From IMG/VR virus record IMGVR_UViG_3300042541_003236: 64,000 nucleotides of DNA; one strand, 5' to 3'. A model generated the notes under the pieces. It saw only the letters and a list, made by a program, of their open reading frames with translations. It made no database searches and was not told the DNA's origin. The translations under genes and the position numbers were made by a program. Every line of letters begins with the position of its first letter. Position 1 is the first letter of the stretch. This document shows positions 56,219-64,000 of this stretch, in pieces. This DNA comes from a virus.

Positions 56219-56859
56219 AGTATTAAACTTTCTTTATATAAGTATTCATCAATGACTTTTTGATCAATTTGATTTACTTGTTTTACTAAGTTTGGTAATT
56301 TTGTAGGTTGTAAACCGATACTACCAACTACTTCACCACCATTATTAAAGTTGTTAAGAATAAAATCAGCCATTTGATTTTTTTCTAATGGATCCATTTC
56401 AGTCTTTACTCTATCTCTAATATTTAGTAATCCTTCATTAGTCATATAACGAGCTCTTTTTAGTCTGTCACCTTCTGGGGCAAATACACTTATAGACATA
56501 TCTACTTTTTTATCCCACTCTCTTTCAAATAAAATTGAAGAATGAAAAATAGTATAAATAGCACCTTTTCTTTCCATCCTATCGTTAAACTTGGCATAAG
56601 CATTGAAAAGATCGTCTTGAACAATGTCAAGAATTTTATCAAATGTAGATTTTCTCATACCACGAAGATTTAATTGGTGATTAGTAAAGATGTCAGAACC
56701 TAACTCTCTACGTACTTCACCTAATAATTCGTGATTGTGATTTAAAATAAACTTTAAAATAAGGTCTGCCTCAAAAACAGGCACACCTATTCTTTTGAAT
56801 ACTTGTGTAACCGTATCTTTTCCTGAGTATCTACTACCTGATAATCCTAGTGTAATCAT
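56209..56859 (-). CDS. dephospho-CoA kinase-like P-loop kinase (second copy)
   Basis: MITLGLSGSRYSGKDT...EADLI follows the CoaE N-terminal pattern with a degenerate P-loop. Confidence 0.5.
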   Translation of the reverse strand: MITLGLSGSRYSGKDTVTQVFKRIGVPVFEADLILKFILNHNHELLGEVRRELGSDIFTNHQLNLRGMRKSTFDKILDIVQDDLFNAYAKFNDRMERKGAIYTIFHSSILFEREWDKKVDMSISVFAPEGDRLKRARYMTNEGLLNIRDRVKTEMDPLEKNQMADFILNNFNNGGEVVGSIGLQPTKLPNLVKQVNQIDQKVIDEYLYKESLILCV

Positions 56860-56965
56860 ATATCGCTTTTATATTTTGAAATACAAATGTACAACATTAT
56901 TTGATAAAAACAAAACTAAACTAATATTTTTTTATCAATATAAATAACTAAAACAATTAAGATAT

Positions 56966-58075
56966 ATGATAATAAATTTAAAAAGTCAAACAGACCTTTC
57001 GGGGTTTTACGTAGTTTATGAAGGTTCAACAAACTTAGAAAAACCAGGATGGTATGGGATATCACATTTAATGGAACATTTAGTTTGTAAATCATTTGAC
57101 CACTTACAAGAAGATTTCGATAGAGACGGTATTGATTGGAATGCTTACACATCTTCAAATGAAATTGTATTCTATTTAACTGGATTAGATGAAAAAGTAA
57201 ACAAATATAAGAATCAATTCGTAGAATTACTAACTTCTTTTAATGTAACTAAAGAAGAATTTGAAAATGAAAGAAAAATTGTTCTTGAAGAATATATGGA
57301 TTGTTTCAATGATCAAACACAATCTCATATGTTAAATCTTTCAAGAAAGCTATTCAATGATTATGATCCAATTGGATTGAAAAAAGATTTAGAAAATCTA
57401 AAGTTTATGGATTGTCTTAACTTCTTTGAATTACAATATACTAAACCAACTAAAATTATCAATGTTTCTAAAAACAAAGATTATAAAAATAAATCTGTTG
57501 AGTTTCAAGAAAGAAAAATTGTAACTAATTTGAGTTTTGGAGATCACGATGTTGATTTAGAATTAAATAACGACTTTAAAGATAAAACTTCTGTTGTTAT
57601 TTTATCACCAGTTATTGAAGAAGATTTTGCTTATGTACACTTCATCAATGCAATGTTATCATTAGGATTGAAATCACCTTTGTATCAAGAAATTAGAGAG
57701 AAAAAAGGATTAGTTTATTATATTCATTGTTATCAATCAAGAGTAAATGATAAAGGTTTAAACTCTATCTCAACATTAACTTCAAATAAAAACTTTAATG
57801 AAGTTGTAGAAGCGGTTAAGAAAGTAATTACAAATCCAGATAAGTTTTTAACTAAAGAAAGATTTAACATTATTAAAGATTACTATGAGGTAAGAAAACA
57901 AAAAGATGAAATCAATAGATATGGTGCAGTGAATCAGTGGATAAATCCTCCCAAATGGAGTGTCTATGACATATTAGAAGATGTTACTTTGAAAAAGATT
58001 AGACAAGTTTATGATAAGTATTATGACTTTGATAAGTTCTACATTTCTTCTGACAAGAAAGAGTTTAAGAAATAA
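56966..58075 (+). CDS. M16-family (pitrilysin-like) peptidase homolog
   Basis: HLMEHL inverted zinc motif (HxxEH) near the N-terminus; 369 aa. Confidence 0.5.
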   Translation: MIINLKSQTDLSGFYVVYEGSTNLEKPGWYGISHLMEHLVCKSFDHLQEDFDRDGIDWNAYTSSNEIVFYLTGLDEKVNKYKNQFVELLTSFNVTKEEFENERKIVLEEYMDCFNDQTQSHMLNLSRKLFNDYDPIGLKKDLENLKFMDCLNFFELQYTKPTKIINVSKNKDYKNKSVEFQERKIVTNLSFGDHDVDLELNNDFKDKTSVVILSPVIEEDFAYVHFINAMLSLGLKSPLYQEIREKKGLVYYIHCYQSRVNDKGLNSISTLTSNKNFNEVVEAVKKVITNPDKFLTKERFNIIKDYYEVRKQKDEINRYGAVNQWINPPKWSVYDILEDVTLKKIRQVYDKYYDFDKFYISSDKKEFKK

Positions 58076-58146
58076 TTAAGAAAATCCACTTAAAGTGGAT
58101 TTTTTTGTATTTTGTTTTTAATATATAAAAGAAAATTATTATTATA

Positions 58147-58884
58147 ATGAGATACATTAAAAAATTCAATGAGAGTTTCTTAGATAGATTAGAAGCTGCT
58201 GTTAAAGGTAAATCTGATAAGGGTAAACTTATTGGAGAAATGTTAAAAAAACAAAATATTGCTGAACAAGGATTTGCATATACATTCAGATTTATGGGTG
58301 GTTCAGATCTTACTGATGAAGAAAAAAGCCATCCTATTTCATATTTAGTAAATTATAAACCAAATGAAGGTAAGTTAAAAGTTGAAGATGGTAAACTTTC
58401 ACTTACTGATGAAACGTTTAATGATAAAAAAGTTGTGAATATAATTCCAATGTTGGATAAAGAAATTGCAGCAGAAGGAAAAACAGAGTTAGAAGAACAC
58501 GGTCGTATTTGGTCAAGTGCAGTAATTAAATTTGATTATAAATTTGACTTAGCCGCAGAAAATCCAACTATAACATTCTCAAATGCGTTACTTTTTGATA
58601 TAGAAAAAGGAACTTGGGTAAAAAATGTCGATACCGAAATGAACTCTAGTGAAGTACTTGATGGTGAGGTAAATCCAAAAACTGAAAAAGCACTTGCTGA
58701 TGCATTAGCAGGTACTATTTGGAATCAAGAATTAGTTACAACATATAAAACATTTATTGATGAATGTAATAAAAGAACAGATATTGTGGATATTATTTCA
58801 AAACATCATTCGGGTGTTGCAAAACCAGAGACAAAAGAACCTGTAGTTGCAGAAAGTGTTATTACAAAGTTTAATAGATTTTAA
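58147..58884 (+). CDS. hypothetical protein
   Basis: 245 aa; TTAATATATA at 58118-58127; terminator after the stop. Confidence 0.5.
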   Translation: MRYIKKFNESFLDRLEAAVKGKSDKGKLIGEMLKKQNIAEQGFAYTFRFMGGSDLTDEEKSHPISYLVNYKPNEGKLKVEDGKLSLTDETFNDKKVVNIIPMLDKEIAAEGKTELEEHGRIWSSAVIKFDYKFDLAAENPTITFSNALLFDIEKGTWVKNVDTEMNSSEVLDGEVNPKTEKALADALAGTIWNQELVTTYKTFIDECNKRTDIVDIISKHHSGVAKPETKEPVVAESVITKFNRF

Positions 58885-58886
58885 TA

Positions 58887-58912
58887 AAAAAACCACTCAA
58901 ATGAGTGGTTTT
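58887..58912. terminator. bidirectional terminator hairpin (aaccactcaaatgagtggtttttct)
   Basis: Stem-loop followed by a T-run between convergent genes. Confidence 0.55.
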
Positions 58913-58916
58913 TCTA

Positions 58917-59474
58917 TTAGTAGTTTTCTTTTACCCAGTCAACTAGTTTTAGTAAGTTTTCTGTATTATTTGGATATTTATCTAATAAAGATTCTAAGAA
59001 TTTTAATCTTCCATCTTTGTAAGCTTCACCATATGCTTTGTATTCTTCGTGAATACCGTTTTCCCATTCTAATAATTGGTCGAAATCTCTTTCAACAATA
59101 TTCATATCATAGTGATTAAATGACTCTGAAAGATTTGTAGTAGCAACATGAGTTTTAGTATCTAAAATCATTTTAGAAATCTCTAACATATCAGTGTTGT
59201 TTTTATCAGCACAACATTGTTCAAAGAACTCTGCAGACTTCTCTTCATTGTCTTGTTTCATTGGGTCATAAACACAATCATGAAATAGTGCAGTTATTAA
59301 TAACTTCTCATATTCTTTTTGAGAGTATTTTGATTTACTTTCATTGATTTGTTCAATTAAATCGTTTAAGTGATTTAAAGTATGATAATAACGATGTGAT
59401 TCATTCCACATAGCAAGTAAAGTATTAACATCACATTTGATGTTCCATTTGTTTAATAGTTCTTGTAAATCCAT
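58917..59474 (-). CDS. putative HD-domain phosphohydrolase
   Basis: H..H...LFHDCVYDP resembles the HD motif; 185 aa. Confidence 0.4.
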   Translation of the reverse strand: MDLQELLNKWNIKCDVNTLLAMWNESHRYYHTLNHLNDLIEQINESKSKYSQKEYEKLLITALFHDCVYDPMKQDNEEKSAEFFEQCCADKNNTDMLEISKMILDTKTHVATTNLSESFNHYDMNIVERDFDQLLEWENGIHEEYKAYGEAYKDGRLKFLESLLDKYPNNTENLLKLVDWVKENY

Positions 59475-59707
59475 TTTTTAATTTTTTTTATTAAACTATA
59501 TATTAAATATCTTTTTTATACTTTCTTTACGAAAGTGTTTTCTATACCACATACTTGAACTTCCGACATTTTTATTTGTATATGTATATCCCCTCCGTCT
59601 TGGTTTCCCGATTAAAAACATTTTTTATAATTTTTTTTCGTTTCTTAGGTCGCATTGTTGTATTTATTGCTTTGTAGAAATTTTGTAAAATATCTTGACC
59701 TTCCATA

Positions 59708-59962
59708 TTACTTTTTTAAGATTTCATCGATTTTAGCTTCTCTTTTAGCTGCCTTCTCTCTTAATAAACGAGCTTCTTTTTCTTGTTCAGTTTCTTCTCT
59801 TTTTTCAGACTTATCTGCTTTATACGACAAAAGATCACTAAAAAGACTATCATAGTCCGTGTTACCATACTTATCCACTTTGATATAACTACCTAAATCG
59901 TAGTATTTATCATAACTACTTTTATAAGATTTAAAGTCGTCAAAAATGTATTTCTCTTTCAT
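59708..59962 (-). CDS. hypothetical K/E-rich small protein
   Basis: 84 aa, translationally coupled to the Sir2 gene. Confidence 0.4.
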   Translation of the reverse strand: MKEKYIFDDFKSYKSSYDKYYDLGSYIKVDKYGNTDYDSLFSDLLSYKADKSEKREETEQEKEARLLREKAAKREAKIDEILKK

Positions 59963-59963
59963 A

Positions 59964-60683
59964 TTATTTGTTTAATTGGTTAAAAATATATTGCATTCCT
60001 TTTGTAGCAACCTTTTTCACGTGATGGAAATAAGGCAATTTATAATCCGGTATATCATACATTAACATATCTATTTTAGATGGTTCAATGTAATATACCG
60101 GTGTTTTAAAATCTGTTAAAAATGGGATTTCATTTGCAGGAGAAACTTGTAGTGAAGTACCTACAATTATACAATAGTCACATTGTTCTGCTGCTTTAAC
60201 TGCTTGATTGACAAAGTCTTGATTTAATTGCTCACCGAACCAAACGATATGAGGTCGCAATTGTGAACCTTTATCACATTTGTCTCCTAATTTTACATCT
60301 TCGGTCCAGTTATAGATTAAAGAAGGATCTAAAGTAGATCGAACCTTAGTTAGTTCACCATGTAAGTGAATAACATTGGTTGAACCTGCTCTTTCGTGTA
60401 GGTCGTCAACGTTCTGTGTAACTACAGTTACATCAAATTCATTTTCTAATTCTGCAATAAGTCTATGTGCTAGATTGGGTTTTACTTCTTTTAATTGAGC
60501 TCTACGTTCATTATAAAAGTTAAGTACCAATTCTTTATCTTTTCTCCATGCAGAGATAGTGGCAACATCTTCAATCTTGAAATTGTTCCACAAACTTTCC
60601 TTTGAATCTCTAAAGGTTTCGATTCCACTTTCCTTGGAAACACCGGCACCGGAGAATACTAATATTTTTTTTCTGTCTGTCAT
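59964..60683 (-). CDS. Sir2-family (sirtuin/CobB-like) NAD-dependent protein
   Basis: GAGVSKESGIETFR, TQNVDDLHERAGS and HG motifs of the Sir2 catalytic core; no obvious CxxC zinc ribbon. Confidence 0.75.
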   Translation of the reverse strand: MTDRKKILVFSGAGVSKESGIETFRDSKESLWNNFKIEDVATISAWRKDKELVLNFYNERRAQLKEVKPNLAHRLIAELENEFDVTVVTQNVDDLHERAGSTNVIHLHGELTKVRSTLDPSLIYNWTEDVKLGDKCDKGSQLRPHIVWFGEQLNQDFVNQAVKAAEQCDYCIIVGTSLQVSPANEIPFLTDFKTPVYYIEPSKIDMLMYDIPDYKLPYFHHVKKVATKGMQYIFNQLNK

Positions 60684-60766
60684 AATTAATTATATTAAAA
60701 CGGATAAAATTAGTTTAGATACTTATAAATTATTTATATATAGTTAATAAAAACTAAACCATCTTA

Positions 60767-63700
60767 ATGAGTTCAACAAAATTAGTAAAAAATAATTTAT
60801 TTACCAAACCTTATCTATTAACTTTAGATGAGATAAGTCAAATAGGTCAAAATATGAATTTAGTGGGTTATGATCCTCAACTAAATATAACTAGTGATGA
60901 CACTAATGTTGTTTTAAAATATGGTGTTCCTAGTAGTCCTAAGATTTTAAATTGGATTGAACCATACAAAGTTGCTGGTATTGATTACACTTTATTTTAT
61001 ACCGAGGTAAACTCTGGTTTAAATATAGGAGATAGAGTTTTTATTATTAACGGTACTTATGATAGTGATTTATTAATAAAAGCAGATAAGTATAAGAAAG
61101 GACATGATGGTTATAAAGTACTTTTTATTGATAAGTGTAAAGTAGTTTTAGATATAGAGTTTACTGGATCTTTACCAAGCAATGAAACAACTGCAAATAC
61201 TGATGATTTTGATGATTTTATTAAAGTTTATTACTTAAAGGATGCTAATGACTTCTTACACGTAAATAGACAAATTACTACAAGAGTTAGTAATAATACA
61301 GTTGATTTTAAATTTAATAAAAATCAAAATAATGTAGTATTTACAGATACTTTTTTTAATGGAACAAATGATGATTGGGGTAGAAATACTGGTTTATCGG
61401 GTACTGGCTTCTTTATAAAAAATGGTACTGCAAGTTGGATTGATATAAGTAGTGACTTTATGATTGGATCTTACTCTATCGCAGCAACTAATTCAAATAA
61501 TAAAATACTTATATTAAACGATAGTTTTAATTATGGTGGGTTTGAGTTTAAAGAAAATTCAATTTATAGTTGGGAATATAACACATTAACTGCAACATAT
61601 AGTTGGACTGTTAATGTTAAACACGAAAATAATAATGTTCCAATTCTTACTAAATCTAACTTTAGAGATGGTACTTTCAATGGTACTTGGAATGGCGGTT
61701 TATATGGATCAAATGAAAAAAGAATAACTTGGGGTTCAACTACTTCTTTTTGGAATCACGGTACTTTACTAAATACTATTTGGGAAAGGGGTATAATGGA
61801 ATCTAAATATAGTCAAACTGAAAGTTATATAGCGGAGTTTGACCCTTATGGATTACCTTATCAAAAATCAACAAATCCAGATAATGATGGATATGGATAT
61901 AACTTTGTTATAAACTCTGAAATTCGTAATGCTATTATAAATAATGCAAATGTTAGTAATTCTGTTTTATTAGGTACAGGTAGTGCATCAAATATATCAA
62001 TTGTTGAAGATCATGTAAGAGGAAACCTAACAAACCAATATATACAAGATAACTTCAATAGTACTCTTATTAACAAGGCTTATTTTGAAAGTTGTGGTAT
62101 TCAAAATGCAAATATAGAAAATGCAATAATAAAAAACTCAAGAGTTAGTAATTCTAGAATTTATAGTGTTAAATCAATCAATACACATTACAAGTCTTCA
62201 TTATTCAAAAACTCAAATTATATAAGTGATAATATAATTAAAATATTGGGATTTGATGAGTTTACATATAGTAGTACCAATAATATTTTAACACATTTAG
62301 TTTATAAGTTTTATATAAATAAAAGAAGTTATGATAAGTTTAAATTTAAAGATAACTTCTACATAAAGGGTATTAAATTAAACTCTAATGGAATATTTTA
62401 TGAGAATGAAGCTAATATATTAAACTTCTTTGATAAAAAGTTTAAATTAGGACCATCAACTGATTATATTGACTTACTAGATACAAATACACTTACGTTT
62501 ACTAAATATCCTATTCAGTTTAATTCTTTTGTATCAACACCTAAAGAGAATCAATATAATCATGATTTTAATACTTTTTCTAATGTAACTGGTTCAGTTT
62601 TAAATAATAAAGGTTATTCACTAGATATTTTTATTAAGTTAGACACAAATCTATCGTCGCTTTTTAGTTTTAAGGATGTTATAGATTTTTCCAATGCTTA
62701 CTTACAAAATTCAGACTTTGAGAGTGGAATTTTTGAAAACTCAAATTGGAATAGTGGTAATCATATTAATTATAGTAAAAGACTTAATTTAGTTAATCAA
62801 TCAAATGAAAATGGTGAGTATGATATAACATTAAAACAATCTTCAGTAGGTATTACATCATCTTTAGTTCTAAACACTATACCTACAATTGGTATTAATG
62901 ATGAGGTTGAATTAGATTATTTAAAAGTTAATGATATTGTATTTTTAAATGCAGTAGATTATGATAGTAGAGGTACAGTTACTAGTGTTACTGTTAGTAA
63001 TTCTGGATTAAGTTATTTAACATCAACAGGCCTTAATACATCTTACACTGGAACTGGAAGTGGATTAAAAGTTGATATTATTACAAAACCAATAGTTGGT
63101 GTTTTAGGATTAACTTACTCTGGTGGTAATGGATATAATTATAGTGGTCTTTATAGTGCAATTGGTGGATCTGGAACGGGTTTAACACTAAGTATTATTG
63201 CAGATGTTAGTTTTGGTGGTACTGGGTTATTAACATCTTTTACAATTGCTAGTATAGGACAAGGATATCTTGTAGGTGATATTATTGAAGTTGATACTGG
63301 TGGTTTAAATGGTACTTTTTCAGTAACTAGTATTACTAATGGTGAAGTAATTAGTGCATCGGTAAGTGTTAGTGGATTATTTTATGAAGTTGGAGATGTT
63401 TTAAATATAGATAGTGGTAATGGAAATGCACAAATTGAAATTACAGGTGTGACTGGATCTTTAACAAGATTACCAGATACCTATAAGGTTACAAGTGTAG
63501 ATCCGTTTATAATTGATGAGATATATGCAACTGGATCAACTAGTATTATATCAACTATTTTACCAGTTGGAATTTTTAGTTCCTACGGTGCAGAAAATAG
63601 ATATGGTTATTTGACAAAAACTAAGTTTTATAAGTCAAAAATAGTATCTGGATTATTTAGAAGAGCTTATTTCAAAGGTTCATTAATTAAAAACGATTCA

Positions 63701-64000
63701 ATTGATATTAGTGATAAAGATTTTACTAATATTGAGAAATTAAAAAGTCTAATAATAACAGATACTATTTTTTCTAAAAATGATAATATTTTATCTAATG
63801 CACTTTATATGTTTTCATCATTTGTTAATGGAACAGATATATGGGATAATGGTATTTTATTTAGATCAATTTGGAATGGTATGACTTTTAATAATGGTTT
63901 AGTAAGGGAATCTACTTGGTTAGATGGAACTTTCTTAAATGGGTTATTTTATATGTCATTTTTACCTTCTTATATATTAAATGTAGATGAACCTTTTTAT
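60767..64000 (+). CDS. very large structural protein, 3'-truncated by the window end
   Basis: ATG at 60767; open frame of at least 1078 codons, Asn/Ser/Thr/Gly-rich. Confidence 0.55.
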   Translation, partial: MSSTKLVKNNLFTKPYLLTLDEISQIGQNMNLVGYDPQLNITSDDTNVVLKYGVPSSPKILNWIEPYKVAGIDYTLFYTEVNSGLNIGDRVFIINGTYDSDLLIKADKYKKGHDGYKVLFIDKCKVVLDIEFTGSLPSNETTANTDDFDDFIKVYYLKDANDFLHVNRQITTRVSNNTVDFKFNKNQNNVVFTDTFFNGTNDDWGRNTGLSGTGFFIKNGTASWIDISSDFMIGSYSIAATNSNNKILILNDSFNYGGFEFKENSIYSWEYNTLTATYSWTVNVKHENNNVPILTKSNFRDGTFNGTWNGGLYGSNEKRITWGSTTSFWNHGTLLNTIWERGIMESKYSQTESYIAEFDPYGLPYQKSTNPDNDGYGYNFVINSEIRNAIINNANVSNSVLLGTGSASNISIVEDHVRGNLTNQYIQDNFNSTLINKAYFESCGIQNANIENAIIKNSRVSNSRIYSVKSINTHYKSSLFKNSNYISDNIIKILGFDEFTYSSTNNILTHLVYKFYINKRSYDKFKFKDNFYIKGIKLNSNGIFYENEANILNFFDKKFKLGPSTDYIDLLDTNTLTFTKYPIQFNSFVSTPKENQYNHDFNTFSNVTGSVLNNKGYSLDIFIKLDTNLSSLFSFKDVIDFSNAYLQNSDFESGIFENSNWNSGNHINYSKRLNLVNQSNENGEYDITLKQSSVGITSSLVLNTIPTIGINDEVELDYLKVNDIVFLNAVDYDSRGTVTSVTVSNSGLSYLTSTGLNTSYTGTGSGLKVDIITKPIVGVLGLTYSGGNGYNYSGLYSAIGGSGTGLTLSIIADVSFGGTGLLTSFTIASIGQGYLVGDIIEVDTGGLNGTFSVTSITNGEVISASVSVSGLFYEVGDVLNIDSGNGNAQIEITGVTGSLTRLPDTYKVTSVDPFIIDEIYATGSTSIISTILPVGIFSSYGAENRYGYLTKTKFYKSKIVSGLFRRAYFKGSLIKNDSIDISDKDFTNIEKLKSLIITDTIFSKNDNILSNALYMFSSFVNGTDIWDNGILFRSIWNGMTFNNGLVRESTWLDGTFLNGLFYMSFLPSYILNVDEPFY

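Overview
The window is AT-rich (about 30% GC), gene-dense and reads as virion DNA of a large virulent tailed phage. The host is very probably a Bacteroidota member, likely a Flavobacteriia species. Two lines of evidence point there. Many minus-strand genes and tRNA arrays carry the Bacteroidetes -7 promoter box TAnnTTTG. One secreted protein ends in a type IX secretion (T9SS) C-terminal sorting domain.

Main content:
- An NAD+ salvage/reconstitution pair: NAMPT plus a bifunctional NMN adenylyltransferase/Nudix, resembling the published NARP2 pathway. Further NAD-linked genes are present: a second Nudix, a Sir2-family protein, an NAD-dependent DNA ligase, thioredoxin and two dephospho-CoA-kinase-like proteins.
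- A translation module: tyrosyl-tRNA synthetase, a YqeY-like protein, SmpB, a four-domain S1 protein and about 28-30 tRNA or tRNA-like genes in five minus-strand arrays. Several are atypical: a tRNA-like gene with a ~63-nt central insertion and an 8-bp acceptor stem, tRNA halves in permuted order beside an HNH homing endonuclease, and two Arg-type tRNAs with 17-nt variable regions.
- A Dam-like N6-adenine methyltransferase, an ECF-like sigma factor, and M16- and M28-family peptidase-like proteins.
- A flotillin/SPFH membrane protein and a three-member paralogous family of ~400-aa proteins of unknown function.
- Very large structural proteins: tail-fibre-like proteins with 15 tandem 11-aa repeats and a collagen-like Gly-X-Y tract, and ORFs of 1069 and 1386 aa.

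A conserved TTAATATATA motif lies 15-40 nt upstream of many start codons on both strands and is proposed as a phage-specific promoter. tRNA identities were folded by hand; those marked tentative need tRNAscan-SE or Infernal.
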